This document shows positions 38,648 through 48,787 of a stretch of 55,375 nt of DNA, one piece after another (the first letter of the stretch is position 1; every line of letters starts with the position of its first letter). The notes beneath the pieces were generated by a model. It saw nothing but the letters and a program-made list of their open reading frames with translations, was not told the origin of the DNA and did no database searches. A program made the position numbers and the translations under genes. The stretch spans positions 1 to 55,375 of the forward strand of contig CAZPAH010000004.1 in the NCBI GenBank assembly GCA_964584495.1, written 5' to 3'. The stretch is from an uncultured bacterium. Lineage in GTDB: Bacteria; Krumholzibacteriota; Krumholzibacteriia; Krumholzibacteriales; Krumholzibacteriaceae.

Positions 38648-39031
38648 ATGGAACAACATGTAACGATTCTGGGGGCCCTGCATATAGCCTTTAGCGCAAC
38701 CGGCATCATCGCGGCGATGATCGTTTTCATCGCGGTGGCGGGCGGAGGGTTCCTCTCCGGCGATATAGAGGCGATGGCCATAACGACGACGATCGGATCC
38801 GCGATCGGGTTCCTACTGTTCATGCTCAGCCTGCCAGGACTGATCGGTGGGATAGGTCTTCTGAAACGCAGGCAGTGGGCAAGGATCCTGACTCTCGTGG
38901 TGGGATTCTTGAACCTGCCCGTTATTCCCTTCGGAACGATACTCGGTATATACACGATTTGGGTTCTGCTGAACGACAAAACGAAGTTGCTTTTTTCACC
39001 GCAGCGAGGAGCGTCCGAGAATGAATTTTGA
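38648..39031 (+). CDS. hypothetical small membrane protein
   Basis: 3-4 TMs; 'GLLKRRQWARIL...PFGTILGIYTIWVL'. Confidence 0.75.
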   Translation: MEQHVTILGALHIAFSATGIIAAMIVFIAVAGGGFLSGDIEAMAITTTIGSAIGFLLFMLSLPGLIGGIGLLKRRQWARILTLVVGFLNLPVIPFGTILGIYTIWVLLNDKTKLLFSPQRGASENEF

Positions 39032-39196
39032 AAATACTCTCACACGTGGAAGTGTCGCTATGCTGTCGATCATTCTTGAAATATTCTACCTCATCAAATC
39101 CGGCCTGTAATTTGGCGGCCGGCGGCCGTCATATTGCACGTGAGGCGGAGGGGACTCCACCGCACGCCGCGGAATCCAGGCGAATACTAATCAAGT

Positions 39197-39913
39197 TCAG
39201 ATGAATTTTTCCCTTTTCTGGAGGTTGAGAAGACCGTAGAGAAGGGCGATGACCGTTCCGACGGCGAGATATATCCTGTTCGTCATCACCGTCTTGGCGA
39301 ACACGGCCTCGTTTTCCGGCGTTATGAACGGATTGATGAAGAGGTCCCACTTGCTGTTCTCGACGAAATCGCTCAGGAACATCAGCCCGACGCCGATGAT
39401 CACCATCACGACTGCCGTCCCGGTGCCGTCGCGTATAAGTGTCGAGAGGAGAAAGCAGATGCTTCCCAAAAAGAAGATCGGGAACATCAGGTGGTAGACC
39501 ACCTTGAATACCGGCACGGAGACCAGGATCACAGAGCTGAGAAGCGCCAGGGCCAGAAGTATCACGAAGACGAGCACCCATATGAGAAACATCCTGCCGA
39601 CCCAGACCTTGTACCTGTAGTTCGGGATCCCGAACAGTATCTCGATCATCCTGCTGTCCACGTCGTTCTGTATGCCGAACGCCATCGGGTAGAAGACAAG
39701 CAGTATCCCGGGCAGCACCAGGATGCCGAAGACCTGGGCCACCGACGGATCGGAATCCGAGCTGAAGAAGAATATCAGCGTGATCAGCAGGTAGAAGATG
39801 AACGCCGCGATCAGAAAGTAGATGAACTTGTTCGCGAAGATGATCTTCAGGTTGTACCTGGAATAGGTTGCCGTCAGATCTACGAGATTTTTTATCCTAT
39901 TGACGTACCTCAT
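39197..39913 (-). CDS. ABC-2-type (type V) permease-like membrane protein
   Basis: About 6 TMs; 'D.DSRMIEILFGIP.YR.KVW' recalls the ABC-2 coupling region; overlaps the end of the RND-ATPase gene. Confidence 0.65.
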   Translation of the reverse strand: MRYVNRIKNLVDLTATYSRYNLKIIFANKFIYFLIAAFIFYLLITLIFFFSSDSDPSVAQVFGILVLPGILLVFYPMAFGIQNDVDSRMIEILFGIPNYRYKVWVGRMFLIWVLVFVILLALALLSSVILVSVPVFKVVYHLMFPIFFLGSICFLLSTLIRDGTGTAVVMVIIGVGLMFLSDFVENSKWDLFINPFITPENEAVFAKTVMTNRIYLAVGTVIALLYGLLNLQKREKFI

Positions 39914-42900
39914 GGTCCTTCTTTCTCAGCATCCACAGGTAGGCATCCTCCAGCGTCGGATTTATCTCCGCCGCGTCGGCGGCGGGGCGCTCCCGGGAAA
40001 GGCACCTTACCCTGATCTTCTCGCCGTCACGCATATGGTGAACGACCAGCATCGTCTTTCTGACCGTCTCGAGATCCTTGGGCTCGATGTTGAACTGCCA
40101 TACATGGCCTCTCGCCGTCTCGGTCATCTTGGCCGGATCGTCGCAGTAGAGCAGCCTCCCCCGGTCGAGAATCGCCACCCGGTTGCAGGAGCTGTAGATA
40201 TCCTCGATGATATGCGTGGAAAAGATCACGACCCTCTCCCTGCTCAGCTCGACGAGGAGGTTCCTGAACCTTATCCTCTCGCGCGGATCGAGGCCGGCGG
40301 TCGGTTCGTCCACGACCAGTATCCTCGGCAGGTGAAGGAGTATCTGCGCGATACCGACCCTCTGCTTCATTCCCCCCGAGAAAGAGCCTATGGTCTTGTC
40401 CCTGTGCTCCTCGATATGGACCGCCTCGAGAACGTAATTGACCATCTTCTCGCGGCGAGGCCTATCGGTCAGCCCTTTCAGTATGCCCTGGTAGTTGAGG
40501 AACTCCCATGCGGTCATGTTCTCGTATGTGCCGAATTCCTGCGGCAGGTAGCCGATGAGTCCCTGGAGCTCCTCCCTTTTCTCGTTCACGTCGATGCCGT
40601 TGATCTGGATCTTCCCGTAGCTCTGGTCGAAGATGCCGCAGATGATGCGCATGAGGGTCGTCTTGCCGGCCCCGTTGGGACCCAGCAGGCCGAACATCCC
40701 TTTCCCGATCTGGAGCGTCACGCCGTCGAGGGCCTTGAACGGGACCTTTTTCCGTCCGATCATCGGGATCATCATGACGAATCTGTAGAAAGCCTTTCTC
40801 AGGCCGGAGAATCTGCCCGAAATCCTCGCTATATTCACCTTGTCGCGGTGGATACGGTTGGAGGTCGTGTAGATCACCAGCGCCGTGTACCAGAGGGCGG
40901 CGATAAGGATCACGAGGGCCGTGTCATGCCACCTGAGATAGAAGAACAGCAGGTTTGCCAGGGGCAGTCCCCAGAAGAGGACCGGCCGCACCCGCCCGGC
41001 CCATCTCCCCGGCGACAGTCTGCCACCGCCTGAGAATCGGAACTCGAGGAACTCCCTGACCGGGTTCCAGAGAAAGAGGATATAGAAGAAGACGGCGTGG
41101 GAGAGGACGAATGTCCAGAAGAAGCTGTTCAGGTATAAATATACGAAATAGACGGCGAACGCCAGCAGGGGGACCTGCCAGGCGAATCCTCCGAAATCCG
41201 AGAGGGCGCGGTACGCATGCCCCGATCCGTCCCTGTGCCTCTTGGCGTTTCCCTTGTTCCACTCGCGCGCGAACCTCGAGGGATGATCGAATATCTTGAC
41301 GAGGTTTCGTATCTCGATCGTTATCGGGGCACCCTCTGGGATTATGCTCGAGGCCGCCTGGCGGAGGCTCGACATCACGAACCATGTAGCCCCCGGAATG
41401 GAGAAGAGGAGCGCGGAGAGGAAGGCGAGCTTCCAGATATTGCTGTCTACGCGGGTGAAGATGAGGTAGCAGCCGGCGGTGAAGAGGATCATGTGGGCGA
41501 TCTTGATCCTTATGTCGAGCCGGCGCATCCAGGAAAGGGCCGCCTCCAGCCCCGAGTAGACGACCGGTATGAATATCAGCGTGAAGAGGGTGCTCAGGGA
41601 GAGACCGCCGATAACGGTGATCGCGAACGGGGCTCCCATGATCGAGACATCCTCGGTCTTTCCCATCGCGAGCGGTATCATCGCGATTATCGTCGTCGCC
41701 GCCGTGATGAGGATCGGCCTCGTCCTGGCTCTCCCCGCCGCCAGCAGCGCCCTGGCGACCCTGTGACCGCGCCGCCTCAGTATCATCGAGTAGTCTATCA
41801 GGATGATCCCGTTGTTCACCACCACGCCGAGCAGTATGACAAACCCGGTCAGCGTATAGAGGTTGATGATCGAGGTCCGGGTGAATATCAGCATCCAGAA
41901 CGATCCGATCGCCGCGAGCGGGACTGTGAACATCATCACCACCGGCGTCGTCAGCGATTCGAAGACCGAAGCGAGGATCATGTAGATCAGTATGAAGGCG
42001 GCTACGATGAGAAAGGTGTACTCTCCGTACTCGTTCTCTTCGTGCACCACCTCCACAGCGACGCCCGAGGGGATCACAAGGGCCGCCACGAGCTGATCGA
42101 CCTCGGCCCTGGCCGATTCGAGAAGATCCTTCGAGCTGTTCACCTCGTCGGAGAACCGGTAGGTGACCTCGATCTGCTTCTCCTGGTTGACCCGGTTTAT
42201 CGAGGGCAGGCCGTGCGAGTATATTATCCTCGAAAGCCGCTGGAGCTCGATCGATCCTGTGTTTCCCCCCTGTATCGACAGCCTTTGAAGATCCTCGATC
42301 CTGCGCTGCTCCTGGTTCATCTTCCTGATCACGATATCGTACTCGTCTGTCCCCTGCCTGTAGGTGAGGTTCGTCGAGAACTCGTTGGGAAACGTTCTGA
42401 GCTCCGATCCTATCGCCGAAAGCGGGATGTCGTAGTAGCTCATGAGGTCGGTGTCGAAATGCAGGTGAATCTCGGGGCGGTCATCGGAGACGTTCATGGA
42501 AGCCGACGATACCGAGCTCAGGTTTTCCAGGTGATACTTGATATCGTCGCCGAAATCCCTCATCACCTCGAAGTTGCTGCCTATGATCACGACCTTCTCC
42601 TGCTGGACGCCGATCCCGAACATCCTCATCATCGCCCTCTCCATGCCCATCCCGCCGCTCCTTCCGTACCGGGTGCTGGCCTGCGGCGGATCGAAGCTCA
42701 CGTCGGCGGTCCTGTAGTCCTCGAAGCGTTTCCTCACGTCCTCCTTGATCTCGTTGAACGAACGGTTATCGATCTCCCTGTAATTATCCTTCAGGGTGAT
42801 CGTGATCATCGCCTCGTCCTCGTAGATTCTGCTTAGCATGTCCATCTTCTCGGGGATCGACTCGAACCTCGACTCCAGGTCGGTCACCGTCGCGTCGGTC

Positions 42901-44621
42901 GTCTCGAGGGACGATCCCTTGGGCATCGACACGTATATCGTTATCGATGTCGCCTTGGACTCCTTGCTTACGTTGAGGCTTAGGCCGAGGCAGATTATGA
43001 TGCTGGCGAAGAATACTATGATGGTTCCTATTATCGTCCTTGCCGGGTAGCGGAGGCACGATTTGAGGAGAACCGTGTAGATCTCGATTATCCGGTTGTT
43101 CCCCGAGACCGGCTGGAAGTTGGCCGAATCGCGCGCGCTGCGCCGCTTCAGGAAGAAATGAGTGACCATCGGAACGAGAAGCAGCGCCACGGCGAGGGAG
43201 ACAAGCAGGGTCGATATGATCGACACGCCGACGTGCTTTCCCACGAGCTTGATCTCGAAGCGCGACGAGAAGATGAATGGGAGGAAGACGGTGATCGTCG
43301 TCGCCGTGGCCGCGAAGATCGAACGCCAGACCTCTTTCACCCCCTCTATGACGGCCGTGTCGGGGTCCCTTCCGAGGGAGACGAGACGGTAGATATTCTC
43401 GAGAACGACTACGCTGTTGTCGAGCAGCATCCCCACGGCGAGGGCCATCCCGATCAGGGTGAGGCTGTTTATCGTTATCCCCGCGGCGTAGAAGAAGTTG
43501 AAGGCGGTGAAGACCGAGATGGGGATGGCGAGGGCTATGATCAGGACGAGCCTCAGGTTCCTCAGGAAGACCCATAGGATAACCACCGCGAGGAGCCCCC
43601 CGATCAGCGCGAGCTTGATGATCAGGTCGATGTTCTTCTCCATGATCTCCGAGATGTCGTTCTGGACGATTATCTCGATGTCCCTCGACCTGAACTCCCC
43701 GTTCAGCCGGTCGACCACCTTTCTCGCCCTGTGAGACAGGTCTATCATGTTGACCTGCGATTCCCTGACGAGGGATACCGTCACCGCGTCCTTCCCGTTC
43801 ACCCTGCTTATCGAGGTCTGCTCCTTCACCCCGAAATAGATCTCGGCCACGTCCCTTAAAAGGACCGGCCCCGTGGGATTGACGGTGATATTCTCGATCT
43901 CGCTTATATCGGCGTACTCGGAGACGACGTTCACGAAGTACTGCCTCCCCGACTCGTCGATCTGCCCGGCGAACGTGTTGCTCTCCCCGTTCCTCCTTAT
44001 CAGACCGGCGACGGTGGAGGGGGTTATCCCGTAAGCCTCGCATACGGCGTCGTCGAGGATGATCTCGACCGATTTCTCCCGGCCTCCGGAGATCTCGAGG
44101 TTGGCGACGCCGTCGATGCTCTCGAGCTCCCGCCGGATCTCGTTGTCGACTATGTTTCTCACCCTGTCGAGCCCGCCGCCGCCCCGGACCTGGAGGTCCA
44201 TGAACTTGTTGCTCACCTTCTCGGTGTCGATATTCCGCACCGCTAGGAAATATTCGTCCGGAAGCGTCGGCCTGACGGCGGCGATCTTCTGCTGGAGCTT
44301 GAGGTAGGCGTACTTGATGCTGATGTTCTGGTTGTAGTAGACCGTTATCATGCACCTGCCGGGCGAGGCGAACGATTCGATCCTGTCTATATCCTCGAGG
44401 GTGCCGATCGCGGTTTCCAGCGGGAGCACCGCTTCCCTCTCGACGTGCTCTGGATCGATGTCCTGGCTCGAGACCGCGTAGACGATGAGGAAGGGGAGCT
44501 CGGCGTTGGGCAGCAGCTCCACGGGGAGGTTCCTGTACGAGATGATCCCCAGCATCGTCAGCGCCGTGAAAAGCATGCTGATGAGGGTCTTGCGGCCTAT
44601 GATCGGGTTGCTCGTTTTCAT
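39897..44621 (-). CDS. RND permease (AcrB/MdtBC-like) fused to extra TM helices and a C-terminal ABC ATPase domain
   Basis: RND: 'ELLPN...P', 'GMLLDNSVVVLEN', 'R.RPILIT', 'VIGGL'. NBD: GPNGAGKT, YLPQEF, FSGGM, ILVVDEP, AGLDP, STH. Confidence 0.9.
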   Translation of the reverse strand: MKTSNPIIGRKTLISMLFTALTMLGIISYRNLPVELLPNAELPFLIVYAVSSQDIDPEHVEREAVLPLETAIGTLEDIDRIESFASPGRCMITVYYNQNISIKYAYLKLQQKIAAVRPTLPDEYFLAVRNIDTEKVSNKFMDLQVRGGGGLDRVRNIVDNEIRRELESIDGVANLEISGGREKSVEIILDDAVCEAYGITPSTVAGLIRRNGESNTFAGQIDESGRQYFVNVVSEYADISEIENITVNPTGPVLLRDVAEIYFGVKEQTSISRVNGKDAVTVSLVRESQVNMIDLSHRARKVVDRLNGEFRSRDIEIIVQNDISEIMEKNIDLIIKLALIGGLLAVVILWVFLRNLRLVLIIALAIPISVFTAFNFFYAAGITINSLTLIGMALAVGMLLDNSVVVLENIYRLVSLGRDPDTAVIEGVKEVWRSIFAATATTITVFLPFIFSSRFEIKLVGKHVGVSIISTLLVSLAVALLLVPMVTHFFLKRRSARDSANFQPVSGNNRIIEIYTVLLKSCLRYPARTIIGTIIVFFASIIICLGLSLNVSKESKATSITIYVSMPKGSSLETTDATVTDLESRFESIPEKMDMLSRIYEDEAMITITLKDNYREIDNRSFNEIKEDVRKRFEDYRTADVSFDPPQASTRYGRSGGMGMERAMMRMFGIGVQQEKVVIIGSNFEVMRDFGDDIKYHLENLSSVSSASMNVSDDRPEIHLHFDTDLMSYYDIPLSAIGSELRTFPNEFSTNLTYRQGTDEYDIVIRKMNQEQRRIEDLQRLSIQGGNTGSIELQRLSRIIYSHGLPSINRVNQEKQIEVTYRFSDEVNSSKDLLESARAEVDQLVAALVIPSGVAVEVVHEENEYGEYTFLIVAAFILIYMILASVFESLTTPVVMMFTVPLAAIGSFWMLIFTRTSIINLYTLTGFVILLGVVVNNGIILIDYSMILRRRGHRVARALLAAGRARTRPILITAATTIIAMIPLAMGKTEDVSIMGAPFAITVIGGLSLSTLFTLIFIPVVYSGLEAALSWMRRLDIRIKIAHMILFTAGCYLIFTRVDSNIWKLAFLSALLFSIPGATWFVMSSLRQAASSIIPEGAPITIEIRNLVKIFDHPSRFAREWNKGNAKRHRDGSGHAYRALSDFGGFAWQVPLLAFAVYFVYLYLNSFFWTFVLSHAVFFYILFLWNPVREFLEFRFSGGGRLSPGRWAGRVRPVLFWGLPLANLLFFYLRWHDTALVILIAALWYTALVIYTTSNRIHRDKVNIARISGRFSGLRKAFYRFVMMIPMIGRKKVPFKALDGVTLQIGKGMFGLLGPNGAGKTTLMRIICGIFDQSYGKIQINGIDVNEKREELQGLIGYLPQEFGTYENMTAWEFLNYQGILKGLTDRPRREKMVNYVLEAVHIEEHRDKTIGSFSGGMKQRVGIAQILLHLPRILVVDEPTAGLDPRERIRFRNLLVELSRERVVIFSTHIIEDIYSSCNRVAILDRGRLLYCDDPAKMTETARGHVWQFNIEPKDLETVRKTMLVVHHMRDGEKIRVRCLSRERPAADAAEINPTLEDAYLWMLRKKDHEVRQ

Positions 44622-47600
44622 CTGGCCCGGTCCAGGACGGAGAAGACGCAGGGGATCACGAAAAGGGTAAGCGTCGTCGAGGTGATCAGTCCTCCGATGA
44701 CGGCCAGGGCCATGGGCGCCCTCAGGGCCGCCCCCTCACCGAAGCCGAAGGTGAGGGGAAGAAGGGCGAGTATCGTGGTGGCGCTCGTCATGATGATCGG
44801 GCGTATCCTTCTCTGCCCGGCCTCGATGATCGCGTTCCTGCGCTCCAATCCTTCCTTCTTGAGTTTGTTTATGGCGTCGACGAGAATGATCGAATCGTTG
44901 ACGGCGATCCCGACGAGCATGACCATCCCGATGAGGGCCATTATATTGAAGGTCTTTCCAAGGATGAAAAATATCAGCACCGCGCCGACGCCGGCCATGG
45001 GGATGGTGAGTATGATCGCGAAGGGGTGCACCAGCGATTCGAACTGCGACGCCAGCACCATGTAGACCAGTATTATGGAAAGGATCAGCGCGAAGCGCAG
45101 GTCCTTGAACTCGGCCTGCCTCTTCTCCTCCTCGCCGGTGATGACGAGCCTGTAGCCCGCGGGGACGTCGACCGCCCTGAGCCTGTTCTTGATATCGGCT
45201 ATCAGGTGATCGAACGGCCTCCCCTTCCTCTGATGCGCCGTCACTATCCCGGTCCGGACCTGATTCCTCCTGTTGATTTGCTTCGGCGCGTTGCCGTACC
45301 GGACGGCGGCCACCTGGCTCAGCCGGACCATGCTCCCGTTTCCTTCCAGGAGTATATCCTCGATGCCGGAGAGGGACGTCTTGGGCACCTCGATGATGAT
45401 CTCTTTCTTCTCTCCCTCGTGCTCCCAGTACCCCGCCTCCTTCCCCTGAAGGATATCCTTGAGTTGAGAGCTGATATCGTTCACGCCTATGTCGTACATG
45501 CCGGCCCTCAGGCGGTCGATGACGATATCGACCTCGGGCCGTCCCTCCTCCAGCGTCGTCTCGACGTTGAACAGGTCGCCGATCTCGAGCAGCTTCGCCT
45601 TCACGCCGGCCGTGATCTCCTCGAGCGTCCCAAGGTCCTCGCCCATCACCTCGACCACGACAGGCGCCGATTCGGTTCCCAGGGTGGTCATCAGGGCCGT
45701 CTGGTCCTGTATGAACTGCTCCTCGACGTCGGGGATCTCGCCGATCGCACCTCCGAGCCCCTGGATCACGAGCTCCGATGATATTTGGCGGCCTCCGCCC
45801 AGCCGTATCTTGATCGCCGCCGTGTTCTCGTCCTCGAACACCTCCCCCTCGTAATCGCTCATCGATGTGGCGGGACCGATCCTGCTGTATATCGATTCAA
45901 CGTCCTTGCCGAGGAGTTCGTGGATTATATCCTCGATCCCGACGACCGTGTTCTCCGTCCTGTTCAGCTCCGTCCCCTCGGGAAGCGTGATCTGGACCGT
46001 GAACTCGTTCATGTCGGTCTTGGGTATGAACTCGCTCCCGACTACCGGAACGAGAAGCACCGCGATCGCTATGAGCGCGGCCGCCCCCAGGATGACCGTC
46101 CAGCGCCTCCCCAGCACATTGCCCAGGAGGGATCCGTACCAGCCGAACTTGATCGAACGCGTCTTCGCCGACGGAGGCCTCCTTTTTAGGAAGCGGCTGG
46201 CGAGCATCGGGATGACCAGTATCGCGACTACGAGGGAGGACAGCAGAGAGAAGGCCACCGTCCAGGCCTGGTCCTTGAACAGCTCTCCCGAGGCGCCGTG
46301 AAGGTAGACGATGGGGAGGAAGACGATGATAGTCGTTATCGTCGAGGCCGTGATCGCCCCGCCGACCTGGGATGCGCCCTCTATCGCCGCTTCCTTGATC
46401 GGCGTGCCGGCCTCGATATTGCGGATGATATTCTCCATGACGACGATCGCGTTATCGACCAGCATCCCGGCCCCCAGGGCGAGTCCCCCCAGCGTCATTA
46501 TGTTTAGCGTGAGCCCGTTGAAATACATCAGGTTGAAGGTGGCCACGACGGAGATCGGTATGGCGACGCTCACGATCGCCGTCGTCCCGATCCTCCTGAG
46601 AAACACGTAGAGCACCAGTATCGCCAGCAGGATCCCTATGAGGGCCGTCTGCTTGACCTCGTCGACCGCGGCGGTGATGAACCTTCCCTGGTCCTGTATC
46701 ACGGTCAGCTCGTAGCCGGGGAGGGCGTCGCCCAGCTTCTTCAATTCCTCGTGGAGGCGGTTCGACGCCTGCACCGTGTTGAACTTCATCTCCTTGTAGA
46801 TGCTGAGGCTGAGGCAGCGTTCGCCGTTGAGCCTCACTATGCTTTTCGGCTCCTTGTTCCTGTACTCGATCTTCGAGACGTCCTTGAGGAATACCGGCAC
46901 CTTCTCCTGCGTTTCGCCGTCGGCCGCCTGCTGGGGCTGCCCGGCCCCTTCGCCCTCCCGCCAAGTGATGATGATGTTCTCTATGTCCTCGAGCGTCTCG
47001 AGCTCGCCGACCCCCTTGACGAGGTATTCCAGACCCATCTCGGTAATCGAGCCCCCGGAGACGTTCTGATTGTAGCTCTCGATCCTCGCGGCGAGGGCGT
47101 CGAGGGTGAGGCCGTACGCCTCTAGGAGGTAGTTGTCGGTCTCGATGACGACCTCTTTCTCCTCCTGGCCCGAGATCTCGACCCCCGCTATCCCCTCGAT
47201 CCTTGTGAGCTCGTTGCGTATGTAGTTCTCGGCCACCTTTCTCAGCTCGTCCATGTCGTTGATCTCGGGGTTCGACAGGCCGACGAGCATGATCGGCTCG
47301 GCGTTGGGGTCGTGCTGGGTGATAGTGATCTCGTCGATATCGGGATTGTTCTGCCCGATATCGGCGGCGCCCTTCTGAAGGTCGAGAAACGCCTCGTCCA
47401 TGTCGGTGTTCCATTTATACTCGACGGTCGTGCGGGCCGCGCCCACGCGGATCGTCGTGTAGACGCCGATCACGCCCTTCTTCGTCGATGCCATCGGCTC
47501 GATCAGCCCGATGAACTGCTTCTCGATCTCCTCGGGGGGCAGCTCGCCGGCGGTGAGCTCGATGAAGATCCGCGGGTTGTTGAGATCGGGAAAGAGATCA

Positions 47601-47704
47601 ATCCCGAGCCTCGTGAAGGAGAGGTAGCCCAGAAGAAGAACCGAGCAGACGAACATCAGCACGGTCACGGGATGCCGGACCGAAAAGCTTGAAATATTTC
47701 TCAT
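44618..47704 (-). CDS. RND efflux permease subunit
   Basis: 'DLFPD', 'GMLVDNAIVVMEN', 'QFESLVHP', 'RIRPIIMT', 'VIGGL'; ATG 47704 overlaps the MFP stop (GTG 47707 is an alternative). Confidence 0.95.
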   Translation of the reverse strand: MRNISSFSVRHPVTVLMFVCSVLLLGYLSFTRLGIDLFPDLNNPRIFIELTAGELPPEEIEKQFIGLIEPMASTKKGVIGVYTTIRVGAARTTVEYKWNTDMDEAFLDLQKGAADIGQNNPDIDEITITQHDPNAEPIMLVGLSNPEINDMDELRKVAENYIRNELTRIEGIAGVEISGQEEKEVVIETDNYLLEAYGLTLDALAARIESYNQNVSGGSITEMGLEYLVKGVGELETLEDIENIIITWREGEGAGQPQQAADGETQEKVPVFLKDVSKIEYRNKEPKSIVRLNGERCLSLSIYKEMKFNTVQASNRLHEELKKLGDALPGYELTVIQDQGRFITAAVDEVKQTALIGILLAILVLYVFLRRIGTTAIVSVAIPISVVATFNLMYFNGLTLNIMTLGGLALGAGMLVDNAIVVMENIIRNIEAGTPIKEAAIEGASQVGGAITASTITTIIVFLPIVYLHGASGELFKDQAWTVAFSLLSSLVVAILVIPMLASRFLKRRPPSAKTRSIKFGWYGSLLGNVLGRRWTVILGAAALIAIAVLLVPVVGSEFIPKTDMNEFTVQITLPEGTELNRTENTVVGIEDIIHELLGKDVESIYSRIGPATSMSDYEGEVFEDENTAAIKIRLGGGRQISSELVIQGLGGAIGEIPDVEEQFIQDQTALMTTLGTESAPVVVEVMGEDLGTLEEITAGVKAKLLEIGDLFNVETTLEEGRPEVDIVIDRLRAGMYDIGVNDISSQLKDILQGKEAGYWEHEGEKKEIIIEVPKTSLSGIEDILLEGNGSMVRLSQVAAVRYGNAPKQINRRNQVRTGIVTAHQRKGRPFDHLIADIKNRLRAVDVPAGYRLVITGEEEKRQAEFKDLRFALILSIILVYMVLASQFESLVHPFAIILTIPMAGVGAVLIFFILGKTFNIMALIGMVMLVGIAVNDSIILVDAINKLKKEGLERRNAIIEAGQRRIRPIIMTSATTILALLPLTFGFGEGAALRAPMALAVIGGLITSTTLTLFVIPCVFSVLDRAR

Positions 47705-48753
47705 CACCTGATCACTTTCACCTTCGAGCGGTTGCGCAGCGTCTCGAACCCCTTCACGACGAGACGCTCGTCCATCTTGAGCCCCTCGAGGACCTCTATG
47801 TTGTCCGGGTTTTCCAGGCCGGTCGTGATAGTCCTCTCCTGCGCGGCGCCCTTCTCGACGACGAAGACGGTCTTGCCCCTCTGCTTGACCAGGACGACGT
47901 CCTTCGGTATCACTATCGTGCTGTCGTGCCTCGCGATGATTATCTCGGCCTTGGCGAACATCCCCGGTCTCATGACGAGATCGGGATTATCGACTTGGAT
48001 CGAGGCCTTGAACGAGCGCGATTCGGAATCGAGGGCGGGGGAGACCTGCGTCACCCTGCCCGAAAGCGTGTCGTCCGGTATCGAGTAGTTCATCACCCTT
48101 GCATCCTGCCCCGTCTTTATCACGCCGAGGTCCTTGCCGGGCAGGTTGACCTCGAGGTAGAGGGACCTGTAGCTCATGATCTGCACCATCGTGTTTCCCA
48201 ACTCGACCATCGTCCCGGCGGTGTAATAGGGGAGATCGGTGATCACCCCGTCGAAGGGCGCCTTGATGCTCATCTTCGAGAGGTTGATCAGGGCGTTGTC
48301 GTAATCGTACCGGGCGTCCATGAACAAGCGCTCCGAATCCTTGAGCTCCTTCAGGGTGACGCCCCCCTTCTTGTAGAGGGACTGCTGCTTCTCGTACTCG
48401 AGCTTGGCCGTGTCGAGGTTGAGCTTCTTCGAATCTATCCTTATCGTGTTCTCCTGCTCCTCGCTCTCCAGCCTGATGATAACCTGTCCCTTCGTGACGG
48501 CGTCGCCGAGGGAGAAGGGCTTCCCGGTCGCCGGATTGGTATTGAGCACGTAGTCGCCGGCGACCTCCGACTTGATCGTCGTCTCGCTCATCGAGTTGAC
48601 CGTGCCGGTCGCGACGATGTACTCCTCTATCGAGCCCGGCTTGATCTCCTCGACCGAGACGGGGACCGAGACCTCCGTCTCCAGGTCTGTCCCTCCGCCG
48701 CCGCAGGAAGCGATCAGAAATGTCAACGAAACGATAAGCAGGCATTTTTTCAC
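47704..48753 (-). CDS. RND periplasmic adaptor (MFP), lipoprotein
   Basis: GTG start; lipobox LIASC; 'IKAPFDGVI', 'RPGMFAK', 'IPKDVV', 'GL...ERLVV.G'. Confidence 0.9.
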   Translation of the reverse strand: MKKCLLIVSLTFLIASCGGGGTDLETEVSVPVSVEEIKPGSIEEYIVATGTVNSMSETTIKSEVAGDYVLNTNPATGKPFSLGDAVTKGQVIIRLESEEQENTIRIDSKKLNLDTAKLEYEKQQSLYKKGGVTLKELKDSERLFMDARYDYDNALINLSKMSIKAPFDGVITDLPYYTAGTMVELGNTMVQIMSYRSLYLEVNLPGKDLGVIKTGQDARVMNYSIPDDTLSGRVTQVSPALDSESRSFKASIQVDNPDLVMRPGMFAKAEIIIARHDSTIVIPKDVVLVKQRGKTVFVVEKGAAQERTITTGLENPDNIEVLEGLKMDERLVVKGFETLRNRSKVKVIR

Positions 48754-48787
48754 GTCGGATTCCTCTCTTCCTGTTTCCCGAAGGACC

